A stretch of 63,991 nt of DNA, filler included, from Babesia bigemina (lineage: Eukaryota), in NCBI RefSeq assembly GCF_000981445.1. It is 4 parts of 4 records of this genome, joined end to end, with 100 filler letters (N's around TTAATTAATTAA, not from the genome) between each part and the next. Parts side by side here need not be neighbours in the genome. Positions count along the whole stretch, not along the records: positions 1 to 24,585 come from NW_012237332.1; positions 24,686 to 42,716 come from NW_012237335.1; 2 more parts are not named here. One strand, given 5' to 3'. The notes under the pieces were generated by a model. It had not been told where the DNA came from. It worked only from the letters and a program-made list of their open reading frames with translations, and made no database searches. Numbering within the stretch: the first letter of the stretch is position 1; each line of letters begins with the position of its first letter. The position numbers were made by a program, and so were the translations under genes. Of this stretch, positions 20,407 to 28,799 are shown one piece after another.

Positions 20407-23400
20407 GGAGTTGGAATCTTCTGTGATTTTGGGGGAAACTTTGAGAAACGTGTTTTCTCGGGTTTATCACAGAAAGGAAATTTTTCCGATGTCACTGGGG
20501 GGTGTATTGAAGGCCAAAAGTGCGGAATTAAAGCGGCAACATCGCGAGGCGAAAGGCGGCCACACAGGCGCGCTGGATAGACGAACAAGGTACCAATGGA
20601 GAGCTCACAAGAAGTGCAGCTGAGCAGTCAAATCGATGAGGACGGAGACCTCATGGTTATTGACGTGGACGTCCCCGATGGGATGGACATCGATGCTCCG
20701 CTTGCCACCGTGGGGCGCCGAGAGTGTCGGCAACCCGAAAGGCGGCATGAATCCAGAAAACCGGTACAAAGCGGTGTTCAGGGCCCTAAAGGTAAACCCA
20801 CAAATTCGAAGGGGGCCGGCCGTGGCGGCGAAAGCCGGCCAATCCCGCAGGCAAGCCGGAAACGACACCAGCCCGGAACCACTCCGGCTGTGAAGGGCGC
20901 TGGAAACAAAGCACGGAACGGCGGTCCCCAGGGCCAAAAGGGTAACAACCGGAAGGCCAAAAAGACAGGAAACACGGCTCAAACGCCGCCTGTCGTGGTT
21001 TGCAACGCCGGGCCGAGTTCCTCGGAACGCGCACCCGTGTGTGTGCAGACACTGTCTACCCTGCAGCCACCGGCAGGGGAGGTTGTCGGAAACGGTGGCT
21101 GCCGCTCTCCGACCGTGTATTCCATATCGTCGGATGACTTTATGGACGTGGACGAAGAGGAACCTGAGCAAGTCGGGCCTGTGAGAGAATCAAACAACAG
21201 TATAGCACCGGGCACCGCCAGTGAGGTGGCGCTCACTGAGACGGCTGCGTTGCCGAGGGCACCCGAAGGGCACGCCCCGCAGGCTGAACGGGCCGGGAAC
21301 ACGCCACAAATGCCGCCGAACTACGCTAGGCTGAATGCCAAGTTACAGTTCCTGCACTGTGTCATGCGTCAGATCGATGGACCATGGTGTCATTGGGTAC
21401 CGGACGTCTACAAGGCAGTAGTGACGAAGTATCAGAGGATGCCACGAGGAGGATGGAAAGTCCTCGCGGAATATGCCAACGAGCATTTCGAATTCCACAA
21501 GACCCACAAGGAGGTGGAGCAGATGGCAAGACAGGTAGTCGCCAAAGCAGCGCGGAGCCAACCGACGGACGTTGGAGAAATAGCATCGCTGCACGACGTC
21601 GACTCATACAACGCCCTGCAGGAGGATTTCGACCGGATCATGGCACAGAGGTTGAGGGAGCCTGACCTACTACCGAAGAACAAGAAACCAAAGTCCGCCG
21701 CACAGTACAGGCCGATCACTTGCATGTCCAACCTATACAAGCTAACTACCCGTTGTGCCACGGAGACGCTTAAGCGAGAAGTCGATGGCAGGGGACTACG
21801 GTCCGAGAACCAGATGGGCACGAGGAGCAACGTACAGGGTGCAAAGGAGCACGCGTTAGCGAACATCGCGCTCAACGAGAAGCACAAGGGGAAGTTACTT
21901 GCAACGTGGGTCGACGTCATGAAGGCGTACGACTCAATCGACCACGCGTACCTGGCAAGGGTTATCGACAACCTTAACCTACCAGGGTGGTTATCAAACT
22001 TCATCAAGCAGACGATCAAGAGGTGGAATATAGAGATACGGTGGAACAAGAACACAATCATGCACAAGAAAGTGGAGAGGGGCATTCTCCAAGGCGACAG
22101 CCTATCGCCCCTTCTCTTCGTGCTGTGCTTGGACCCGCTGAGCAGGCACCTGACTCGCATCTTCCCCAAGGTGGAGTTAAGCGTGACCGGCGGCAGGATA
22201 TTCGCCACAAACCACTTTCTCTATATTGACGACCTCAAGTTCTTCGCCCACGAGGAAAGTACGATGAGAGGAATGGGCCGAGAAGTGGAGAAGTTCTTCA
22301 ACGACATAGGACTCAGGATCAACCGCGACAAGTCGGCAACCAACACGGAGGCGTGCGCCAGCATCGCCAAGCAGATGGAAGGCCCGGAAACGTACAAGTA
22401 CTTGGGAGTCACAGAGACTTCAAACTCACTGACAAGCGACGGAATGTTCGACATAATACTACAGGAGATATGCAGGAGAACGGAGCTACTGGCTGCGTCA
22501 AAGCTGTCGGGGAAAAACCTCTCGATGGCCATCAACCAGTACGCCCTCAGCGTCATCAACTACTACATCGGCGTGATCCCTATGGACATCACGCATTTCG
22601 ACAAGATCGACCTGGCAGTACGGAGAATAATTAACGCGAAGCACGGACACAAGAAGTGGGCGAACACACAGAGGCTCTACCTCCCCCGGAAAGAGATGGG
22701 GAGAGGGCTCCACAGCATGGTATTTAGAGCGGAAGCCATGCTGCTACGACTGTGGTTGACGCTTTCAGCAGACGAGGTGACGTCAACCAGGAGAGCTGCG
22801 ATCATGCAGCATTTTCGCGACACATACGCGCACATATCTCACATCAAGATGCACCTGGAAGGAAGATATGGAATGGAATTCGGAATGGAGGACACTACGG
22901 ACAAGAGCCTCAGGGACCTCAGGGTGGCCCAAAACAAATGGCTGTACAACAGAATGCACGTAAAATCAACTCATAAGGTTCTGTATGCCAAGCGTGAGGA
23001 CCCCAAGCTGGACATTGAGGCGTCGTCCTTGTACCTGACGTGTGGAATACTCACTCCGGAAGAAGAAGCGAACGTAGCGGAAGTCCAGGATAGGAATCTG
23101 CAATGGATGTCTTCGTCCAAGAAATGCACAAGATGCAACAACGGCAAGAACGTGGATCACCTCGCGACGAAGTGCCAGAAACTACTACACCTAGAATATA
23201 CGAAGAGGCACAACGAGGTAGCAAAACGGGTCCACTCAGTACTCGGGAGGCAAATAGGACTACCCAAGGAGAAGATAGACGCCCACAAGATCGAGAGTGA
23301 AGTACATGGAAAATACGGATGGATCGCGTACGACAAGACGGTCAAGACTCAGAAGACTAAGGAATACAACAGGCCAGACATCATCCTGGCGGATCGGCGG

Positions 23401-23896
23401 AGGAACACCATAACCATCGTGGAGATAGGAATCACCAATCAAGACAACCTAGTGGATACGGAGAAGTTCAAGAAGCAGAAGTATGAAGACCTTATTGAGG
23501 ACCTCAAGGCGCGACAGTTTAACCAGCACACCAAGATCAGGGTTATCCCCTACGTTATGACGTGGGAGGGAATAGTGACAAAGGAGCACAGCAAGTACAG
23601 ACGGGACCTGGGCATATCGGATCGCATGGAAGCCCACATACAAAGGGTAGTGATCCAAGAAACACATAAAATAGTGATGAGGGATATGAAGCCGAAAGAA
23701 GACTACGATTCCGTAGAAGACCCTCAAGCCCAAACTGGATGGATGCCCGCATGGATGGCACCAGTGACGTCCGGCAATGGACCGGCGTGGATCCCGCAAC
23801 CGGTTTCAGCGTGAGGCGTTAGCCCCGCAAACACGAAAACCGGCCCTAGGCACGTAGCCACATAGCACACTATAAGATGAGATAACTTAATTTAAC
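20407..23896 (+). mobile_element. Non-LTR retrotransposon copy 1 (RLE type, R4/Dong-like), with candidate 5' end and an internal in-frame deletion
   Basis: Starts where the satellite stops (CCCCTTAA|GGAGTTGG). 189-nt 5' UTR, single ORF, 82-nt 3' UTR ending GATAACTTAATTTAAC, shared with the other two copies. Confidence 0.92.
20596..23814 (+). CDS. Retrotransposon polyprotein: reverse transcriptase + CCHC knuckle + restriction-like endonuclease (1072 aa, lacks RT0 region)
   Basis: YRPITC, ENQMG, DVMKAYDSIDH, GILQGDSLSPLLF, YIDD, GLRIN, YKYLG, LYLPRKEMGRGL, CTRC-x7-H-x4-C, RHNEV, RPDII..IVEI, KKQKY. Confidence 0.93.
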   Translation: MESSQEVQLSSQIDEDGDLMVIDVDVPDGMDIDAPLATVGRRECRQPERRHESRKPVQSGVQGPKGKPTNSKGAGRGGESRPIPQASRKRHQPGTTPAVKGAGNKARNGGPQGQKGNNRKAKKTGNTAQTPPVVVCNAGPSSSERAPVCVQTLSTLQPPAGEVVGNGGCRSPTVYSISSDDFMDVDEEEPEQVGPVRESNNSIAPGTASEVALTETAALPRAPEGHAPQAERAGNTPQMPPNYARLNAKLQFLHCVMRQIDGPWCHWVPDVYKAVVTKYQRMPRGGWKVLAEYANEHFEFHKTHKEVEQMARQVVAKAARSQPTDVGEIASLHDVDSYNALQEDFDRIMAQRLREPDLLPKNKKPKSAAQYRPITCMSNLYKLTTRCATETLKREVDGRGLRSENQMGTRSNVQGAKEHALANIALNEKHKGKLLATWVDVMKAYDSIDHAYLARVIDNLNLPGWLSNFIKQTIKRWNIEIRWNKNTIMHKKVERGILQGDSLSPLLFVLCLDPLSRHLTRIFPKVELSVTGGRIFATNHFLYIDDLKFFAHEESTMRGMGREVEKFFNDIGLRINRDKSATNTEACASIAKQMEGPETYKYLGVTETSNSLTSDGMFDIILQEICRRTELLAASKLSGKNLSMAINQYALSVINYYIGVIPMDITHFDKIDLAVRRIINAKHGHKKWANTQRLYLPRKEMGRGLHSMVFRAEAMLLRLWLTLSADEVTSTRRAAIMQHFRDTYAHISHIKMHLEGRYGMEFGMEDTTDKSLRDLRVAQNKWLYNRMHVKSTHKVLYAKREDPKLDIEASSLYLTCGILTPEEEANVAEVQDRNLQWMSSSKKCTRCNNGKNVDHLATKCQKLLHLEYTKRHNEVAKRVHSVLGRQIGLPKEKIDAHKIESEVHGKYGWIAYDKTVKTQKTKEYNRPDIILADRRRNTITIVEIGITNQDNLVDTEKFKKQKYEDLIEDLKARQFNQHTKIRVIPYVMTWEGIVTKEHSKYRRDLGISDRMEAHIQRVVIQETHKIVMRDMKPKEDYDSVEDPQAQTGWMPAWMAPVTSGNGPAWIPQPVSA

Positions 23897-24585
23897 GTAG
23901 TTATATCAATCAAGCACATATATCTAGAGGGAAACTCAATGGAGAATATTACCTACAGAAGCTTGGTGAAGGTTTAAAGGATGCAATACATAAGCAGTTT
24001 AAGAAGGTGGTAGTTGGAGAAGAGGAAGAAGATATAGATCTTAAAACACTTAACAAGGATTATTACAACGAAACTGTGAAAGATGCCGAAGTAGCACACG
24101 ACAAACTTAGAGGCATGATTCAAGCTTTTAAAGGGCCAGTTGAAAAAGACGGTTTCACTGGTAATGCAGCATCAGCAAGATTTGTCGCTAAGGATATGCC
24201 GGGTTACCGAACAGGCACAATAGGCACGCCAAAAGGTAAAAAAGATGAGTACGACATCGCCTTAAACAATGTTGACACCGCGCTTAAAGCATTCGAGACT
24301 GAAGGCTGTGTCGATCATATTGAAGGCGAAGAAGCCGACATTCAACAAAAGAAAGATGAACTTGGTGGCTTCGTCACCGAAATCACTAACGAACTAAATG
24401 ACATTGGAGTTTTAATTGACAGCACCTCAGGTGTGGTAGTGAACAGACAGATGATGTCTGCAGATCCACAAGGCCTCAAGCAGAAGTTCATTGACTTGAG
24501 AAGTAAAATCGGCAGAACCATCGGTGTTGAAACAGTCAGGATAGGCACTCTTCAGAAAATTCATGACGATATGACTACTTTAAGA
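23896..24585 (+). pseudogene. ves: Internal ves-like coding fragment starting at the retroelement 3' end, cut by the gap
   Basis: Frame is open from 23896 (RSYINQAH...). GLKQKFIDLRSKIGRT resembles GRLTELKRRIGRT and GVKRKITDLRHMI in the other ves ORFs. Confidence 0.65.
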
Positions 24586-24685
24586 NNNNNNNNNNNNNNN
24601 NNNNNNNNNNNNNNNNNNNNNNNNNNNNNTTAATTAATTAANNNNNNNNNNNNNNNNNNNNNNNNNNNNNNNNNNNNNNNNNNNN
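24586..24685. other. Artificial contig linker N44-TTAATTAATTAA-N44
   Basis: Identical 100-nt stop-codon spacer occurs three times. Confidence 0.97.
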
Positions 24686-25602
24686 GGGAGCGATGTAGAG
24701 TGGGTTAGGGAGCGATGTAGAGTGGATAAAGGAGCGATGTAGAGTGGATAAAGGAGCGATGTAGAGTGGATTAAGGAGCGATGTAGAGTGGATAAAGGGG
24801 CGATGTAGAGTGGATTAAGGAGCGATGTGGAGAGGGTAAAGGAGCGATGTAGAGTGGGTTAAGGGGCGATGTAGAGTGGATAAGGGGCGATGTGGAGTGG
24901 ATAAAGGGGCGATGTGGAGTGGGTTAAGGGGCGATGTGGAGTGGGTAAGGGAGCGATGTAGAGTGGGTTAGGGAGCGATGTAGAGTGGATTAGGGAGCGA
25001 TGTAGAGTGGATTAGGGAGCGATGTAGAGTGGGTAAAGGGGCGATGTGGAGTGAATTAGGGAGCGATGTGGAGTGGGTTAAGGGGCGATGTAGAGTGGAT
25101 AAGGGAGCGATGTAGAGTGGGTTAAGGAGCGATGTAGAGTGGATAAGGAGCGATGTAGAGTGGATAAGGAGCGATGTAGAGTGGGTAAAGGGGCGATGTG
25201 GAGTGCGTAAAGGAGCGATGTAGAGTGGGTTAAGGGGCGATGTAGAGTGGGTTAGGGAGCGATGTGGAGTGGGTTAGGGAGCGATGTGGAGTGGGTTAGG
25301 GAGCGATGTTGAGTGGGTAAAGGGGCGATGTAGAGTGGGTTAGGGAGCGATGTAGAGTGGGTTAGGGAGCGATGTAGAGTGGGTAAAGGGGCGATGTAGA
25401 GTGGATAAAGGGGCGATGTAGAGTGGATAAAGGGGCGATGTAGAGTGGGTTAGGGAGCGATTAGAGGAGGTTAAGGGGCGATGTGGAGTGGATAAGGGGC
25501 GATGAAGGGTGGATAAAGGGGCGATGTAGAGTGGATAAAGGGGCGATGAAGGGTGGATAAAGGGGCGATGTAGAGTGGATAAAGGGGCGATGTAGAGTGG
25601 AT
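24686..25602 (-). repeat. 22-bp satellite (G-rich on the + strand)
   Basis: Reverse complement of the 9789 array unit. Confidence 0.97.
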
Positions 25603-25620
25603 AATAATCACCACTTGTGT

Positions 25621-25950
25621 CCATGTCATCGCTGCCGTGTTGATGTCATCGCTGCCGTGACCATGTCATCGCTGCCGTGTTGATGTCATCGCTGCCGTGA
25701 CCATGTCATCGCTGCCGTAACCATGTCATCGCTGCCGTGACCATGACATCGCTGCCGTAACCATCAACTGTCATCGCTGCCGTGACCATGTCATCGCTGC
25801 CATAACCATGTCATCGCTGCCGTGTCCATCTCATCGCTGCCGTGACCAGGTCATCGCTGCCGTATCCATTTCATCGCTGCCGTGACCATGTCATCGCTGC
25901 CGTAACCATGTCATCGCTGCCGTGACCATGACATCGCTGCCGTGACCATA
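25621..25950 (-). repeat. 20-bp tandem repeat, about 16 units
   Basis: ccatgtcatcgctgccgtga periodicity. Confidence 0.95.
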
Positions 25951-26236
25951 ACTTGGTCAGGTGGTTGGTCAGGTGCTTGGTCATCACGTTGGTGAACACA
26001 TTGGTCAGCACATAGGTCAGCACATTGGTCATGGCATTGGTCAGCACATAGGTCAGCATCTTGGTCAGCACATTGGTCATGGCATTGGTCAGCACATAGG
26101 TCAGCATCTTGGTCAGCACATTGGTCGTGGCATTGGTCACCACTTTGGTCATGGCATTGGTCAGCACATTGGTCAGCACTTTGGTCAGCACATTGGTCAA
26201 TATATTGGTCAACACTTTGGTCACCACTCTGGTCAG
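25951..26236 (-). repeat. 12-bp tandem repeat
   Basis: ttggtcagcaca periodicity. Confidence 0.95.
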
Positions 26237-26333
26237 TTGCTATGGTCACCTCACTGCTTATGCGATTGATCATCAACGTAATCATTACTGTGTCTAGAAA
26301 ATTAGATGTCAGTTGGCTGCTAGGTTATTGTAA

Positions 26334-26468
26334 TCAGCTGCGCAGTAGATACCGCACCCTGTGGAACGGCCGGATGCGGAAGTAGACCATGACGCAGACG
26401 ACGACGATGATGAGGGCGACGGGGACGATGATGTAAGGGGCGGGTGTTATGATCATCTCGTTGCCCAT
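26334..26468 (-). CDS. 44-aa TM micro-protein MGNEMIITPAPYIIVPVALIIVVVCVMVYFRIRPFHRVRYLLRS (or a gene remnant)
   Basis: Hand translation, ATG 26468 to TGA 26334; near-identical to the TM and tail of 8659-9117; too short for the ORF track. Confidence 0.5.
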   Translation of the reverse strand: MGNEMIITPAPYIIVPVALIIVVVCVMVYFRIRPFHRVRYLLRS

Positions 26469-26579
26469 GTAATTGATCATCAACGCAATCATTACTGTCT
26501 AGAACATTAGATGGCAGTTGCCAGTTGGGTGATCAGTGGGATTTGGATTGACGATATTTGCACTAACAAATTGCGGAGA

Positions 26580-27119
26580 TTAGCTATAAAACGCGATGCA
26601 GAAGGGTATCTTGCGTACGAGGAAATCGCGGATGTTGCGGCCCACCGGAAAGCGGAAGATGCACAGGTCGAGCAGGATGATGGCGACGATGATGGCAACG
26701 ATGACGGCGGCGATGGTGGAGGGGTCAGGGTGGAAAGGTGTGGAGGATTTGACGGGAATGTCTCCATTGGAATTCTCTTGATCAGAAGTATCGCGCAGTA
26801 GACTGGTCTGAGCCTCAGCATGGGAGGAATCAGGGAGAGGCGGTGGAGCGGGGGGCTTGCACTTGTCAGCCTGCTCTGCACATTGTTTTTTACAACATCT
26901 ACATTGACATTTGGTAAAGTCGGGACACTTATTTGTTTGTTTTGCACATCCGTCCGGATGGCAGTCAGTCTTATTTTTGCGCAGGAGGAGATATCCCCAA
27001 CATCCATTGCAATTGTCACTCTTACATTTTTCACAGCACCACGAGCAGCAGACACAACTAAACCGTGGACAACTAATATCACATGTACACGGAGAACCTG
27101 ACGTGGACACCCAAACCAT
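26580..27119 (-). CDS. Small Cys-rich single-pass membrane protein (179 aa)
   Basis: GGAAGATGG start, CVCCSWCC...CHPDGC...CQCRCC, Pro/Ser linker, TM IAAVIVAIIVAIILLDLCIF, tail RFPVGRNIRDFLVRKIPF. Confidence 0.75.
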   Translation of the reverse strand: MVWVSTSGSPCTCDISCPRFSCVCCSWCCEKCKSDNCNGCWGYLLLRKNKTDCHPDGCAKQTNKCPDFTKCQCRCCKKQCAEQADKCKPPAPPPLPDSSHAEAQTSLLRDTSDQENSNGDIPVKSSTPFHPDPSTIAAVIVAIIVAIILLDLCIFRFPVGRNIRDFLVRKIPFCIAFYS

Positions 27120-27124
27120 CTTCC

Positions 27125-27740
27125 GCTACCAATCCCCTCAACCTGCAAACATATCAATCACCTAGCAAAGCACTCACCAACTGCAACACGTGCTACTGCC
27201 GCTCCCAGTCCCCTCAGCCTGCAGACATATCAATCACCTAGCAACTCACTCACCAACTGCCACACGTACCACTGCCGCTCCCAGTCCCCTCAACCTGCAA
27301 ACATATCAATCACCTAGCAAGCACTCACCAACTGCAACACTACCACTGCCGCGCCCAGTCCCCTCAACCTGCACACATGTCAACCACTTAAGCAATCACT
27401 CACCAACTGCAGCACTACCACTGCCGTCCCAGTCCCCTCAACTTGCAAACATGTCAATCACTTAAGTAAGCACTCACCAACTGCAACACTACCACTGCCA
27501 CTCCAGTCCCCTCAGCCTGCGAACATATCAATCACCTAGCAACGCACTCACCAACTGCAACACGTACACTGCCGCTCCCAGTCCCCTCAACCTGCAAACA
27601 TATCAATCACTAAGCTACGCACTCACCAACTGCAACACTACCACTGCCGCTCCCACTCCCCTCACCCTGCAAAGCTATCAATCACACAAGCAGCACTCAC
27701 CAACTGCAACACTACCACTGCCCCTCCCAGTACCCTCATC
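27125..27740 (-). repeat. ~75-bp exon/intron-like tandem repeat, about 8 units
   Basis: Reverse complement of the 7510-8655 unit. Confidence 0.92.
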
Positions 27741-28265
27741 AACACTCACCCTCACCGCTGTATCCCCCCAGCCCAGGCCACCGACACCCACGCTGCCCGG
27801 GATACCACGGCTGCCCTGACGCGACGCATGTGATCAGCACCAACTGTCATTCTAAATTATTCACTATTCACAATGCCATTAAAATTGCAGCTGGCCCCGT
27901 GCGCTCAACTCCCACAGTGCAGCAGCACCGTGCTACGAGCCGCGGTATCGGCGCCATACTGGCGGAGCGTGTCGGCTACGTGCCTAAATGTGATATTAAC
28001 AATCGCTACATCGCTACCTATAAATGCTACTTAACCAGGCCAACGCCGATTGCGCCACCCTGCCGGTGACTCGCAACACACGACTTAGCTCAGCCGCCGC
28101 GGTCCTCACGACCGCCTACGTTAGCAACCAATCACCCAGCCTCACGTGACACTGACTCAATGGGCAACGCGGACGCCTCTCACAGTCAACGCGTTACTCA
28201 ACGCACCAGGCAATCAACGTGCTACAACACCCACCAAATTACGGTTAATCCGCCAGCGTATCAAT

Positions 28266-28660
28266 TTGCCTGGGTGCTAGGTTACCACTTAGCCTGGTTG
28301 CTAGCTTAGCACTTTGCCTGGGTGCCACCTTAGCACTTTGCCTGGCTGCTAGCTTAGCACCTAGCTTGGATGCTAGGTCAACACGTTGCCTGGTTGCTAG
28401 GTCAACACGTTGCCTGGTTGCTAGCTTAGCACTTTGCCTGGTTGCTAGCTTAGCACTTTGCCTGGGTGCTAGCTTATCACTTTGCCTGGGTGCTAGGTCA
28501 ACACGTTGCCTGGTTGCTAGCTTAGCACTTTGCCTGGGTGCCAGCTTAGCACTCTGCCTGGCTTCTAGCTTAGCACTTTGCCTGGGTGCTAGCTTACCAC
28601 TTTGCCTGGGTGCTAGCTTAGCACTTTGCCCGCTTGCCAGCTTACCACGTTGCCTGGTCG
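28266..28660 (-). repeat. 24-bp tandem repeat, about 16 units
   Basis: Reverse complement of the 6397-6995 unit. Confidence 0.95.
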
Positions 28661-28799
28661 TTTGGTCATAACCTAATCTCAACGCTATCTAGTAGACACG
28701 TTGCCGCTAGAGTAATTCGAGACATTAGACCACGTTTGTTGGTTAGGTGAGTAGGTGAGTAGTTACGTGAGTTGTTGTGAATTACAAATGTGAATACAA

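Noticed and set aside
20605..23799. Antisense and alternate-frame ORFs inside the retroelement and ves genes
   Set aside because: Shadow ORFs with no recognisable motifs.
20596..23814. Group II intron, retron, DGR, telomerase or LTR-element RT
   Set aside because: C-terminal CCHC plus RLE, absence of LTRs, integrase and RNase H, and lack of a template/variable repeat pair fit a non-LTR RLE element.
24586..24685. TTAA-based element or palindrome within the N runs
   Set aside because: The same 100-nt spacer appears three times; it is an assembly linker.
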